From: Octopus sinensis
Taxonomy: Eukaryota
NCBI RefSeq assembly: GCF_006345805.1
Contig: NC_043000.1
Location: 150,846,001-150,910,000 of the forward strand
Length of the DNA: 64,000 nucleotides
Reading direction: 5' to 3'
Part shown: piece by piece, positions 51,175-64,000 of the stretch
Layout of the letters: every line of letters begins with the position of its first letter
Position numbering within the stretch: position 1 is the first letter of the stretch
Notes under the pieces: model-generated
What the model was told of the DNA's origin: nothing
The model's database searches: none
Seen by the model: the letters and a program-made list of their open reading frames with translations, nothing else
Made by a program: the position numbers and the translations under genes

Positions 51175-51642
51175 GTGGCAGTGGTGGTGGTGGTGGTGGT
51201 GGTGGTGGTGGTGATGATGGTGGTGGTGGTGGTGGTGTGATGATGGTGGTGGTGGTGGTGGTAGTGGTGGTGGTAGTGGTGGTGGTGGTGGTAGTGGTGG
51301 TGGTGATGGTGGTGGTGGTGGTGATGGTGATGGTGGTGGTGGTGGTGGTGGTGGTGATGGTGGTGATGATGGTGGTGGTGGTGGTGGTAGTGGTGGTGGT
51401 GGTAGTGTGGTGGTGATGGTGGTGGTGGTGGTGATGGTGGTGGTGGTGGTGGTAGTGGTGGTGGTAGTGGTGGTGGTGGTGATGGTGGTGGTGGTGATGG
51501 GGTGGTGGTGGTGGTGATGGTGGTGGTGGTGGTAGTGGTGGTGGTGGTAGTGGTGGTGGTGATGGTGGTGGTGGTGGTGATGGTGGTGGTGGTGGTGGTG
51601 GTGGTGGTAGTGGTGGTGGTGGTAGTGGTGGTGGTGATGGTG
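51175..51642. repeat. (TGG/TGA/TAG)n array, about 470 bp
   Basis: Directly visible. Confidence 0.97.
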
Positions 51643-52093
51643 AAGTATTCTTTTGCCACTAGTTTTACCTTACTAATGTGTGCAATGTTCTCGGCGATTC
51701 CCAGGTATTTGTAAGGTTAATCATTGGTGATGGGTTAGGTAGCCAAGTCATCAGGGTCCATATTCCTGATCGGTCGACAACCTTCCCCAAATATGATCGC
51801 TTATTATTCTGACCGAACTCCTTTTCTTATGACCCACAACAATGTCGTAACTAGGTCTGACTTTCTCTTTGGCGTTAAGAATATTACTCGAGTATAGCTT
51901 AAAGCTTAAGCTGTACCTTAAACCTTAAAGGTAATCCACAAATATGGTGCGATAACATAATTCTTTCTTTCATTTGAATCCTCTCATTGTGGCCTTTGCA
52001 TTTTCTTAACAGGGTTGACAAGGGTTTCACTGCTTGTACGAAAAGGGTTATAGATAAGCTGACCTTCCTATCGATAGCTTAACTGTTCTACAA

Positions 52094-52510
52094 GGCGTCG
52101 AGCTGGCAGAGACGTTAGCACGCCGGGCCAAATGCGTAGCCGTATTTCGTCTGCCGTTACGTTCTGAGTTCAAATTCCGCCAAGGTCGACTTTGCCGTTC
52201 ATTCTTTCGGGGTCGATAAATTAAGTACTAGTTACGCATTGGGGTCGATATAATCGACTTAATCCGTTTGTCTGTCCTTGTTTGTCCTCTCTGTGTTTAG
52301 CCCCTTGTGGGTAGTAAAGAAATAGATATTTCGCCCGTAGCTACGTTCTGAGTTCAAATTCCGCCGACGTCGACTTTGCCTTTAATCCTTTTGGGGTCGA
52401 TTAAATAAGTACCAGTTACGCACTGGGGTCGATGTAATCGACTTAATCCGTTTGTCTGTCCTTGTTTGTCCTCTCTATGTTTAGCCCCTTGTGGGTAGTA
52501 AAGAAACAGA
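52094..52510 (+). mobile_element. Family-B SINE, two tandem units, inside the R4-type RT
   Basis: GATAGCTTAAC(CC)TGTTCT on both flanks is a probable TSD. Confidence 0.92.
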
Positions 52511-53704
52511 TAGCTTAACCCTGTTCTTATCGAGATCTCTGTGACTATTTTATCGATAGTCATGTTTTTGTCAATATCTTAATGTCATCGACTATAGTAG
52601 CCGGAAACTTGACAAGGCGCAGGGACTCTATGGGGGAAGAGCAAAATCAAACGCTTCCTTATGGTCTAACCATATAGGCAGCCGGTTTTGGGAGTGCTGT
52701 TTCGCTTTCTTATACAGAGCTTTGTTAATGAAAAGCTCTCCAGCACAGCCCCAGACCCCTTTCTTTCTTCCAACCTCCGCATCAGTCCCTACATTGTATG
52801 TTTTTCAGTGATCCTAGAGGAATGGATTCAAACAGTCTATATGTAGCTTGTACATAAAATTCAAGACAGTTATAGACCTGTAGTTTTTGGTCACATGCGT
52901 CTCTTGTTATTTAGCTACTTATGCTAAACTTACAACAGCCAACTAGTCTGGTACATCAAACTCAGCGTCCATTGTTGTATTAAACAGTTTAACCAGGGCT
53001 ACCCTGTATATTCCAGACCCTTCCCCCAAATGATTCTAAATCGTCCTGAGAAGGTGCTTTCACCTTGATGTTATGGTCTTTCTTGCTGCAAAATCATGCT
53101 TATGGGTTTAGAGCTAGCTTGCAATTGATGACTGCATTATAGCATTTTTTTTTCCGGTAGCAAAATATTTCACTAACTGTTCGCAGTTCGTGTTTAAAGT
53201 CAATTAACTTATCCGTCAGTATCTCTTGTGGACAGTTCCTATAGATTTCAGATAATCTATCATGTAGTTGCCGCTGGTTGTTATGGAAATTATTATTAAC
53301 TTTGTACTTCATATTAGTGCTTAATTATCCAATATTTTTTACCGAGTCTGTTGATATTTGTTCGGAGAGAGGTTATTCATTTTGATTGCTTTTTTTCCTC
53401 GTTACAATCGATGTTTTTTTACTTCCATCTATTGGTGAATGGCCATTTCAGTACAGTATAGAACATTCATCGTCTAAATTTTGAAATTCTCGCTGATTAC
53501 ATATCGTCTAAATTTTGGAATTCTCGCTGAGTGTTCCTTAGCTACTTGGACCATCGCTGACAATACTAGGTCGGTAGATTTTCTGTCGAATCGTGTGGTA
53601 ATTGCTCTCTCTTGTAATTCTTTATTAACGTAGGTGGTGAGGTTTTGTTTAAATTTATTTCTTAACGTGCTTTTGGTTACTTATATACTTCACTCATTAC
53701 TACC

Positions 53705-54483
53705 CATTTCTTTATTGTCCACAAGGGGCTAAACATAGGAGGGACAAACAAGTACAGACAAACGGATTAAGTCGATTACATCGACCCCAGTGCGTCACTG
53801 GTACTTAATTTATCGACCCCGAAAAGATGAAAGGTAAAGTCGACCTTGGCGGAATTTGAACTCAGAACGCAGCGGCGGACGAAATACCTATTCCTTTATT
53901 ACCCACAAGGGGCTAAACATAGAAGGGACAAACAAGTACAGACAAAGGTATTAAGTCGATTACATCGACCCCAGTGCGTCACTGGTACTTAATTTATCGA
54001 CCCCGAAAAGATGAAAGGTAAAGTCGACCTTGGCGGAATTTGAACTCAGAACGCAGCGGCGGACGAAATACCTATTCCTTTATTACCCACAAGGGGCTAA
54101 ACATAGAAGGGACAAACAAAGACAGACATAGGTATTAAGTCGATTACATCGACCCCAGTGCGTAACTGGTACTTAATTTATCGATCTCGAAAGGATGAAA
54201 GGCAAAGTCGACCTCGGCGGAATTTGAACCCAGAACGTAACGACAGACGAAATACCTATTTCTTTATTACCCACAAGGGGCTAAACATAGAGGGGACAAA
54301 CAAAGACAAACATAGGTATTAAGTCGATTACATCGACCCCAGAGCGTAATTGGTAATTAATTTTTCGATCCCGAAAGGATAAAAGGCAAAGTCGACCTCG
54401 GCGGAATTTGAACCCAGAACGTAACAGCAGACGAAATACCGCTGAGCAATTCGCCCGGCGTGCTAACGCTTCTGCCAGCTCGA
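53705..54483 (-). mobile_element. Family-B SINE with four 184-bp tandem units
   Basis: ACAAGGGG at 53721, 53905, 54089 and 54273; a single complete head at about 54480. Confidence 0.93.
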
Positions 54484-55163
54484 CGTCTTCTTCACTCATT
54501 ACTACCGTTTGTTTAGTTACCACTCGTTCGTGTAATGGTTGTAAGTTCGTTTTAATGTTATTGTTATCATCGCATCAGTTGCGGTCCGTGTTGTTTACGG
54601 TTTTATTCAACGTCCAATTTTGCCGGCTGCTAGGTTTAACGGCTAATTTTTCTCGATAAAGTTTGCTTGTTGCTAAAGCTGAGTGGTATTGATGTCCAAA
54701 TATTTGTGAATATTTTAGATCTCAGTCGCTCTTCATTCTTTTCATACATTAGCTCGAGGGAGCTCCCCTTGCCCTTTTACAGAATTGATAGAGGTCTTCG
54801 TTCAATTCAAAGGTCCACTGAGCTTTCTCTCGATAGTTCTGTGACCTGAGGTAGCTGACCCCAGTCTCTTGCCCTACCATATTGTACAGTGTAGTAATTC
54901 CACGTGTTGAATCTTCCCTGATTTTTTTATACCGTTCGATTATTGTTACTACCTTCAATAAGAGAAGATACTTCTTCGCATTTATCCAAAGAAAAGAACC
55001 AATTTTATCAGGTTTGTACCAATGGTAAAAGTTTTAGGAGATAGTACGCATTATACGAAAAATAAATAATCCCCTTAATTCAACGTGACAGCCTTTGCGC
55101 CATATTTTCTTTCTTTCTTTCTTTCTTTTATCTTTCTTTTTCTTTCCATCAATCCATCCATCC

Positions 55164-55206
<43 letters not shown>

Positions 55207-55252
55207 CATTCATCCCTTCATCCATCCATCTATCCATCCATCCATCCCTCCA

Positions 55253-55305
<53 letters not shown>

Positions 55306-56889
55306 ACAATTGATACCACCACTACTGCTGCGACTGACTGCTGCTATAGCTGATGCTGTTGATACTGCTGCTGTTACTACCATTATTTCAATTTCTAGCA
55401 CTACTATTACAACTACTAGGACTGCTGATTCTGTTACTATAGTCACAAATGAAAAGTTACCGATATTTTTTCACTGATTTCCTCGGCGAAATATAAGGTA
55501 TTATTAAATTATACTTCCTTTAGCAAACCAAAAAGCTTTCCATTAAACTCTTTCCATTAAACTCATTTAATCCACCATTAGCCGTCTTGTTTGCGAAAGA
55601 CACATTAAAACATATGTTAAATAATAATTGTATTTTCATGGAGATGCAAGAGTAGGAGTTTGTGTAAAACTTTCCCGACTACGAGTAAGTGAGTGAGTGA
55701 GTGAGTGAGTCTGTGTGTGTGTGTGTATGTATGGGGGAGGGTGCATGCACGCGTGTACGTGTATAGGATGCAATAATACTGTCCGATGTCCATTATAAAT
55801 CTTAAAGATTATTTCCGTTTGTTATGCATTCTCTGAAGATTGAATAAATTAAAATCTTTGTAACTTTCCCTTATATAACGGATGTGATTGTTAATGAAAT
55901 ACGTGTAAGATGATGTAATTAAATAATTCCTGAAGCGGCTCTCCAGTTTGTTTTTTATGCATATGTGCGTGTGTATGTATGTATACATGTATGTATATGT
56001 GTGTGTGTGTTTGTGTGTGTTGAAATAATATATAACATACATATACTGTATTGGTCAGCTGATATAAATTTTATTGAAGGACTAATGGAAAAATGTTTCT
56101 CTTACTAACATTTTTCTTTTATGAGAACTCTATTTTCACCGATTACATCAACTTGAATATTCATGAAATTAAATGTGTTTCAAGTCTCAACATTTTTGAA
56201 TTTAATAAATTGAAAAATTTCATATAATGAATAATTTTCTTGTTCAACATATATTAAGCGATGTATCGATGTTACCAATTGTTAATTATTTTTAAAGATG
56301 CGTCTATATTGGTCTAGGACATCTGAAATCTTTCGTCATAAACAAAATATTAAATATCTACTTTGTTGTATCAGACATTGTTACAAGATGTATATACTTA
56401 AAGTATATATGCGCTGTTTATATTCTAATGCATGGTATGCATACATAGATATACTTACACACACACAAGTACGCATAAATATGTACATAGACATATGTAT
56501 ATATATATATGTGTGTGTATGGTAGGGAGTGCAGGATTAATATATATCTATATTTGCAGCTCTAATAGAGATGCAGAAATTTAGAAATACAAAATTTCAA
56601 TATTCTAATCTACACTTTCTACAGAAATAAAATATGCTTTGCAAGTGTTCTTCGTTGAACAATTATGTTTGCTGCTTAGATATATGTATAGGCGTGTATT
56701 ATTATTGTATGCCCTGGTGTATGTGGATTTGCATGTATGTATAAGTGTATATACCCTCATTAATCCAGACATTGGTTCTCGTACGAAGACAAATATACTT
56801 ACACGCATACCCTCACAAAAATTGTTTGCTGGTATGTGTCTCTGCGTATGCAGACGTGTGTGTATGAGTGTGTTTCCGTGCGTGCGTGC

Positions 56890-56939
<50 letters not shown>

Positions 56940-57059
56940 GAATGTATGTATGTATATATTTACGTATGTATGTATGTATGTATGTACATATGTATGCATG
57001 TATGTATGGATCTATCTATCTATCTATCTATCTTATTTGCAAAAAAAAAAGAAATATAA

Positions 57060-57372
57060 CATGTGACTTCATTGACCGAGGTTACCGTGGTCTTTTCCGT
57101 AGGCTTTTCTTTCCACGGGTAAACCTCACCTGTCCTCCCCTTTACACTTAATATTGACATTTCTGTGATAACGATCCCTATTGATCAATTTTTTTCCTTT
57201 CCCTCCCCCTCCCTTTTTTAAAATTTTATTCCCCCCTTTTTTTGTCCTCTTTCTTTCCCTTTACAATCCCTTTTGATCGAAAACCAAACCCCCTTTTTTT
57301 ACCCCCAAAAGAAAAGCTCTACCTTGTAATTTGTCCTGTCTGTGTGCAGCCCTGTGTGGCTAATAAAGAAAC
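57060..57372 (+). mobile_element. Probable LINE 3' end abutting (TATC)n
   Basis: Pyrimidine-rich segment ending GGCTAATAAAGAAACATATC(TATC)n; clade not established. Confidence 0.3.
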
Positions 57373-57373
57373 A

Positions 57374-57450
<77 letters not shown>

Positions 57451-57849
57451 CGCTCTCACTTTTTTTTTTCTCTCTCTCTCTCTCTTTGTGGAAAATATTT
57501 ATCCAAGATGCCACATAATGTGACTCAAACCGGTGGCTTAGTGGTTAGGTGCGTTGTGCTCAAGGTCACATGTGTGTCGGTTCGATCCCGGAGCGAGCGG
57601 CGCGTTGAGTCCTTGTGCAAGGCACTTCATTTTATGCTGCTTCAATTCATTCAAGCTGAAAATTAGTACCAGTTAAATACTTCTGCAGTTCTCTCCCAGT
57701 CCGGCTGCCACATTCTTGATATTTCGCTGGGTGAAAGCCAGAAACGTTGAGAGAATCTCCGTGTCTGCCCGCAACTACATGTGCACCTAAAGCAATTAGC
57801 GAAAGCACGGTAATGGTACGGTAATTCTAAGTCATACACGCTTGTGAGT

Positions 57850-58009
57850 AGCAGGAGTGGCTGTGTGGTAAGTAGCTTGCTAACCAACCACATGGTTTTG
57901 GGTTCAATCCCACTGCGTGGCATCTTGGGCAAGTGTTTTCTGCTATAGCCCCGGGCCGACCAATGCCTTGTGAGTGGATTTGGTAGACGGAAACTGAAAG
58001 AAGCCTGTC

Positions 58010-58080
<71 letters not shown>

Positions 58081-58300
58081 GTGTGTGTGTTTGTGTGTCT
58101 GTGTTTGTCCCCTAGCATTGCTTGACAACCGATGCTGGTGTGTTTACGTCCCCGTAACTTAGCGGTTCTGCAAAAGAGACCGATAGAATAAGTACTGGGC
58201 TTACAAAGAATAAGTCCTGGGGTCGATTTGCTCGACTAAAGGCGGTGCTCCAGCATGGCCGCAGTCAAATGACTGAAACGTGTAAAAGAGTAAAAGAGTA
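57850..58300 (+). mobile_element. Family-A SINE
   Basis: Near-consensus copy. Confidence 0.93.
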
Positions 58301-58619
58301 AAGGCCGTAGTTAGTACACAGACGCACAGACACACAACATACACAGACAGATACACACATAGATACACACACACACAGACGCACGCACATACAGAAACAC
58401 ACGCATGAGAGCGCGCACACACACACACACACACACACACGTCTACATATTATATCGTTACTCTGTCTGTCTGTATCTCTCTCTCTCTCTCTCTCTCTTT
58501 GTAGAAAATATTTATCCAAGATTCCACATAATGTGACCCAAACCGATGGCTTAGCATTTTAAATGAAACAAGCTGAAAATATTTAATAAATGAATTCAAT
58601 ATTTTCGTACGCTCCTGCG

Positions 58620-59082
58620 AGTATGTATGTATGTATGTATGTATGTATGTATGTATGTATATGTGTGTGTGTATGTATGTATGTATGTATGTATGTATGT
58701 ATGTATGTATGTATGTATGCATGTATGTATGTATGTGTGTGTGTGTATGTATGTATGTATGTATGTATGTATGTATGTATGTATGCATGTATGTATGTAT
58801 GTGTGTGTGTTGTATGTATGTATGTATGTATGTATGTATGTATGTATGTATGTATGTATGTATGTATGTGTGTATGTATGTATATATGTATGTATGTGTG
58901 TGTGTGTATGTATGTATGTGTATGTATGTATGTATGTATGTATGTATGTATGCATGCATGCATGTATGTATGTATGTGTGTATGTATGTATGTGTGTGTA
59001 TGCATGTATGTATGTATGTATGTACGTACGTACGTATGTATGTATGCATGTATGTATGTATGCATGTATGTATGTATGTGTG
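58620..59082. repeat. (TATG/TGTG)n array, about 460 bp
   Basis: Directly visible. Confidence 0.97.
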
Positions 59083-60192
59083 CAAGTGCATGCGTTTGTC
59101 TCTCATCGCTTGGCAATCGGTGCTGGTTTGTTTGCATTCTTGTAACAGAATAGAAATAAGCTGGGCACCGACGCAACATACGTGCCATATATTTGATAAG
59201 GACTTCTAAAATGAGAATAATTATATTTTTATTGAATATATATATGATGTGTGGATTTGTTTCTTTCGAAAATATGACTCTGAAGTATAAATGGTCGATT
59301 CTTCGCCTTTTTATTGTGCGGGGAAATTCTATGGAGCTAAACGGAATTCAGATATCCAAGAGGCTAATGGAAAGCGAACGTGGCAAGAATTAAATCATTC
59401 GAAACGCTTGTTCATGGATCCATGCTTTAATACGTCATAACCTGCATGATGGCCTGCATTCATCAAAAGACACTGTTCACAGATGTCCAACTGATACTGC
59501 AGAGTTTTCTGATGTTAGAGAAGGGAGCAGACATGATAGATTTTAGAAGCAGAAATAAAAGTGTTGAAATTAACTCCAACCGTTATATGGCAAACGAGAT
59601 GATTGATGTAAAAAATTGCTGATTTTTGTGATATTTTTTTCTGAGAGACACCAGTTTCAGATAATTTTCGCTTCGTGCATTTTTGTTTTTTGCAGAACAA
59701 AGATGTAATTTTCAATGTTGCGGCAAGGTAAGATACAAAATCCAAATACCATGTATACCAAGATTTCAAAAGTATCATTTTACAATGTGGTGCTAAATGG
59801 GAATAAACTTCTCCGGTAGTGGTTTATCAACACGTCAGCAAGAATTTATACTGGTTTTAACATACAAATTTGTAGTTGGGAATCAGCAGTGGGGGAAATT
59901 GAGCCCGTAGGGGCGTAACCATTTGACATCTAAAGAGCACCTACATAGCTTTGAGCATTGGAAAACTTTGTCAGCAGAACTGAACTTGCACCAAAACTTT
60001 GATGCCAAAAGTACTTCATTGATAGAGATGGGGAGGTAAATATAATGTGGAATCTTACTCATTGGTTCGTGCCACTCAAAAGTTTGCATTCCATGTCCAC
60101 AAAGAGGATAAATTTTCATTGAATGAAGAGAACTTTCTTGAGTTTTGTTCGGGTTCTTTGGAAATATGATCCAGTGCTGAGAGGATGCTTAA

Positions 60193-60412
60193 CCCTTTCG
60201 TTACCAACCCGGCCAAAACCGGCTCTGGCTCTGTGGTAAAATGTCTTGTTGTCATAAGTTTTGAATTAAAATCTTCCATCAAACCTTAGTCACAATTTAT
60301 GTTCCTAACACTAGCTGAATGATAACTAAGTTATTTTACTAAATTCTTTGTTATATTTAGAATGATTGAAAGAAAGACAGAGCATCTCAAAATAAATGCA
60401 GTAATGAAAGGG
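60193..60412. mobile_element. TTAA-type MITE, second family
   Basis: TTAA|CCCTTTCGTTAC..GTAATGAAAGGG|TAA; interrupts the hAT frame. Confidence 0.75.
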
Positions 60413-61003
60413 TAATGAGATAAAAATACAATACAAATAAACTTATCACTTTCTTATCTTGCTCAGGGCGAGTTTATAAGTGTTTCGGAAAATCATGTGA
60501 AGATGAAGCTTATCCTAGAGTCTGTGAAGGACTTTAGGACCATGTTCTACAGTATATTTAATATATCATATAACAACCAGATGTCCAAAAAGATCAGATA
60601 TGTTAAAAAAAATTAACGAAAAGAAAGTTAAGGGGAAAGAGATATTTCTAGGATTTTTCCCTTAAAAAAAAAATAAAGAGAGAATATACTGACCACAACC
60701 CGGAAATTCTTGAAACAAACAAACAAAACAAACTGTAAAGTGATGGATTGGACATACTGGTGTGTCTCGCTCAAGATTACGATAATTCTGGCACCAGTGT
60801 AGAATTTACGAAGGTGTGCAAGCCATGGTCAGCCAGAAAGCTATTTCTAATGGATGTGGACAATTCGCTTAACTTCTGAAGTCAACAGTCTTTTGCAGAA
60901 AATATATAGTATGCAACATTTTTCGGAATCTATTGAGGTAATGTTTCCTTTGTTTACCATTTCCACCACTAGATAGGTTGTATCAATTGATCAGAAGGAA
61001 GTA

Positions 61004-61181
61004 GTTAGTTAGTTAGTTAATTTTTTGGCTCAAAAATCAAAAAGCAAGGCCATGTAGGGGGACATGGAGTTATGTACAGGGTGGTGTTCATGTAAAGAGT
61101 TCAGGCCACTTGAGGTCAAAGGAGACTTTGATCCGAGCGGTCGTCGGCATCTTCACCATCTCGTCCGGCAGCTTATTCCAC
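61004..61181 (-). mobile_element. CR1-type LINE 3' end
   Basis: Homolog of 36195-36373; AAGTAG on both flanks. Confidence 0.8.
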
Positions 61182-62514
61182 AAGTAGTAGTGATGTAGCT
61201 ATCAACAACACACTGGAGTAATGATGCCGCTATTATGGCAGTTAAAGAAATGTTCTGTAACTTCATGATGGTGATTAGGGTTTTTGTTTTTGTGAATCGG
61301 ATGAAAATATGTTCACGAAAGGAGCAGCACAAGCGCTTTTGTCTACTGTATGTAATTTCACTTTTCTGTGCTGCATGTACTTCTGATGTCATATGCTGTA
61401 ATTTGTTTATCTTACACAGCAATATTTGCAGACTAAAGTATCAACGCTTGACAACGTGGCAACAGAGGTAGCGACCTTAAAACATTTTATCCATGAGAAT
61501 ATGCAGTTACCCAACGGAGTATACAATTGAGCAGTCACTTTCAAAAGCAGACATATATAAAATTGCATCAGTGATAAGGTTAAGATTTACGAGGGGGTTT
61601 GAAGGAGATAAAGCAAATAATGTTGGATGCGCTCTGCAGGAAGAAAATAAGAAAGGTTATGCTTGAATGCATTGATTGCTTTCGTTCTGAACTTCAAATA
61701 AGATAAAGCGCCATCAAAGAAGTACCAGCCTTGCTTGAGGTTGCTCAAGCAAAAATTCTTATATCTGCCACAGAAAAGAAGTTTAGTTAAAGGTTTCCAT
61801 TCTAAAATCAACCATTTTGCTGAGAAAGCTTCTGAAAGCAGAACGCATTGATTTGGAAGAAGCTAGATATTGGGCAATATTAGACGTTTCGACAGTCATA
61901 GATGTTGGGATTTCCTAGGATCTCTCAATCATTTCACTTAGCTTAAAACTATTTCGCACGATTTGTGTGACAATGGCTTTATGGGTGAGGGGTTCCAAAA
62001 CTGAGACCTCTAAAAATCATTGCGATCTACCATGGAACAGTCATAACTTTCTGATCTTGCTATATTATCAATTAAAGGTACTACTTATGGTGAGGTGATT
62101 TAAAGGTTCGCAGCTCTGAAGTCCTGAATACGGATTAGTTGGTGTGTTTTGTACTAAGTGCTGAAATGCTCGTGTATTTGTTTCTGTTCATTATTTCAGC
62201 ATTTCATTTACGAACAAAACTCCATATGCAATTGTCTCCGAATTTAGTGATTATGCAAACTTAACCCAGTAACATACGACACGTTAAAAGCCAAGCAAAA
62301 TGTTTATGCTGCTCTTAAACTGCTTTGCTTTCTTTTCTTTTTTGTTCTCACTGAATTTTCTCTTTAACCACATGGAACTATGCAAATGTAAAATCATTTA
62401 GGCTGTACATAAGAAAATGTAATAAAAATTTTTCATGCTGTTTAATGACACGGCGTTCAGTAGAATATTAGAATGTCGATTTATATTAGCACAAAAACAT
62501 CGCCAAGGATTATA

Positions 62515-63751
62515 TTAGGTCATCCCATAAATAATGAGGTTTTTTATGCGTTTCAAAATTAAGATGAACAAAGTTCTTTTTCAATCTAAAATATACTCAC
62601 CTTCATTTTCTACAATGCTCTTCCATCTATCTGGTAGACTTGCAAGGCCCCTCTTCCAAAATTCACTTGTCCGTGACGAAAAATACTGCTCTAGTACCGT
62701 TCTGACCCCGTCTACAGAGTTCATATTTTTTCCGTCCAAATGATTTTGAAAACTGCAGAATAAATGATAATTAGAAGGGGTAATGTTCGCAAATATGATG
62801 GGTGGGGCATCGCTTCCCATTCAAACTACTCCAGCCTTTGGAATGTCATCCTTGCTGTATGTAGCTGCGCATTATCCTGATGGAAGAAAACCTTTCATCT
62901 TGAAACCAAAGATAATTTTTCTTCTGGCACTGACTTAAACCACTTAAGCTGCTTGCAGTAGATCTCCTTTGTAATCGTTCGGTTTGGGTTGAAAAGTTCA
63001 AAGTGGACTAAACTTTTCATATCCCACCAAACAGATAACATCTTACATGGGTGAAGACCTTTAGCCTGGGGTGCCGGTATTTCTCCTTTTCCTACCCACT
63101 GTTTTCGGCGCTCGACATTTTTATAGAGAACCCATTTCTCGTCACCAGTAACTATGACAGCAAAGAAGAGCACACATTCATTCTCTGCGCGCGATTAGAC
63201 TCGGAATGTGTGTGAGAAACCTATTGACCCAATTTGCGGACTTTTCCGATGGCCCGCAGATGTCGATGAATGGTTGAATGACCAAATCTAAGCTTCTCTG
63301 CCAGTTCCTCAACAGTTATGATGGGATTTCCTTCCACCAAGGTTTGCAGGACGTCCTCGTCGAGCTCTACAGATCTTCCAGGACGGGGCTCATCTTCTAG
63401 GCTGTAGATTCCGGCTCGGAATTTCTGGAACCACCGTTGACACTGGCTTACGCTTATTGTCTGATCTCCATATACTGCATTAATATTCCTCGCATTTTCC
63501 GTTGAGTTTTTACCTTTATTGAACTCATAAAGCAAAATATGCCAAATATGCTCCTTTGTCATTTCCATTACAGCTTTGAAAAAATAACTGTTAAAATCGA
63601 ACTGCACTCTTCAAAACTTGCACTAAGAATAAGTGCCAGGTAAAATTACTACTTGCTTTTATAGCCAGTTGATGCATGTAGTTTATCCCGTCCTCCTCCG
63701 ACTTTTAGTTCACGCAATTGAAAAACCCGCATTATTTATGGGATGATCCAA
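62515..63751 (-). mobile_element. Full-length cecropia-type (Hsmar1-like) mariner with a disrupted DD34D transposase
   Basis: TA-flanked TIRs TTAGGTCATCCCATAAATAATGAGG and CCGCATTATTTATGGGATGATCCAA; HILLYEFNKG..WFQKFRAG..IVTGDEKWVLY..APSNYHLF; frameshifts and stops; 1237 bp. Confidence 0.95.
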
Positions 63752-63855
63752 TATATGTTCTGATATGGAAGGAGGCCCATGGTAGGACCATGAATTTCTG
63801 TACTGGATGACACCAACTTAAGTGACGTTATTTGTTGATTGACTCTTAATTTGAA

Positions 63856-63919
<64 letters not shown>

Positions 63920-64000
63920 GCGCGCGCGCACAAAATAGTAATGACATTATAAAGACAATTATAACGAAAGACAGATATGATAAAATTAAAATTGATATCG

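Larger units (their letters stand above)
51645..55050 (-). pseudogene. Decayed R4/Dong-type non-LTR retrotransposon (N-terminus and RT)
   Basis: Minus strand QWTFELNEDLYQF.., KNYRSITVLNFMYKL, KKGVWGCAGELFINK..WLDHKEAFD, SLSITLFVQAVKPLS, FKLYSSN, YKYLGIAEN..AKEY; split by two family-B SINE arrays. Confidence 0.8.
59760..62135 (+). pseudogene. Decayed hAT (ZMYM1/Tip100-like) transposase with nested MITE and CR1
   Basis: In order: TSKEHLHSFEHWKTL, AFHVHKED..ENFLE..KYDPVL, QGEFISV..NQMSKKIRYV, DGLDILVCLAQDYDN, LECIDCFRSELQIR, SLSLKLFRTICV, LRSTMEQS*LSDLAILSI..RFAALK. May begin near 59290. Confidence 0.88.

Noticed and set aside
58450-59209. ORFs of 119-218 aa (HTYI and MYVC repeats); likewise 26492-27607, 28170-28703, 47267-47753 and 51144-51714
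   Set aside because: Microsatellite translations.
59696-59727. Apparent exon with strong splice sites encoding QRCNFQCCGK (tetraspanin-like CCG) or NKDVIFNVAA
   Set aside because: It lies at the 5' part of the decayed hAT region; no consistent spliced host ORF or transmembrane exons were found.
60741-61467. Series of apparent in-phase exons (DGLDILVCLAQDYDN, KIYSMQHFSESIE, QYLQTKVSTLDNVATE)
   Set aside because: They are collinear pieces of the hAT transposase, and the supposed introns also translate to hAT motifs.
62200-62268. Symmetric 69-nt exon candidate (ISFTNKTPYAIVSEFSDYANLT)
   Set aside because: Directly downstream of the hAT stop and probably subterminal TE sequence; no partner exons or recognisable homology.

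Overview
AT-rich, repeat-saturated eukaryotic DNA whose SINE families and microsatellite load match an Octopus genome (recognition from memory, not a database search). No intact host protein-coding gene could be identified; nearly all ORF-track entries are translations of microsatellites or SINEs. The window holds four recurrent retroposon families: A, a CORE-like tRNA SINE with an internal (TA/CA)n; B, a Meta-domain-like tRNA SINE that forms 184-bp tandem arrays; C, a GGAGGCGCAATGG-headed SINE; D, an RTE-tailed element with internal ~60-bp tandems. It also holds LINE relics (RTE, CR1, and a ~3.4-kb R4/Dong-type), DNA transposon relics (mariner, Tc1, hAT, Chapaev3-like, TTAA and pogo-like MITEs) and two non-autonomous Helitrons. 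The main finding is a set of minimal type I hammerhead ribozyme (HHR) motifs in small Penelope-like elements inserted in (TA)n tracts. One is a near-perfect ~240-bp-arm palindrome with an HHR on each strand (13384-14372); a related element at 34.3-35.0 kb has an HHR with compensatory stem II changes. CpG content shifts sharply near 24.3-24.7 kb (depleted left, retained right), suggesting a methylated gene body on the left, with a possible long 3' UTR at about 4.9-8.4 kb. Coordinates were read by eye; boundaries without a stated TSD or TIR are approximate.
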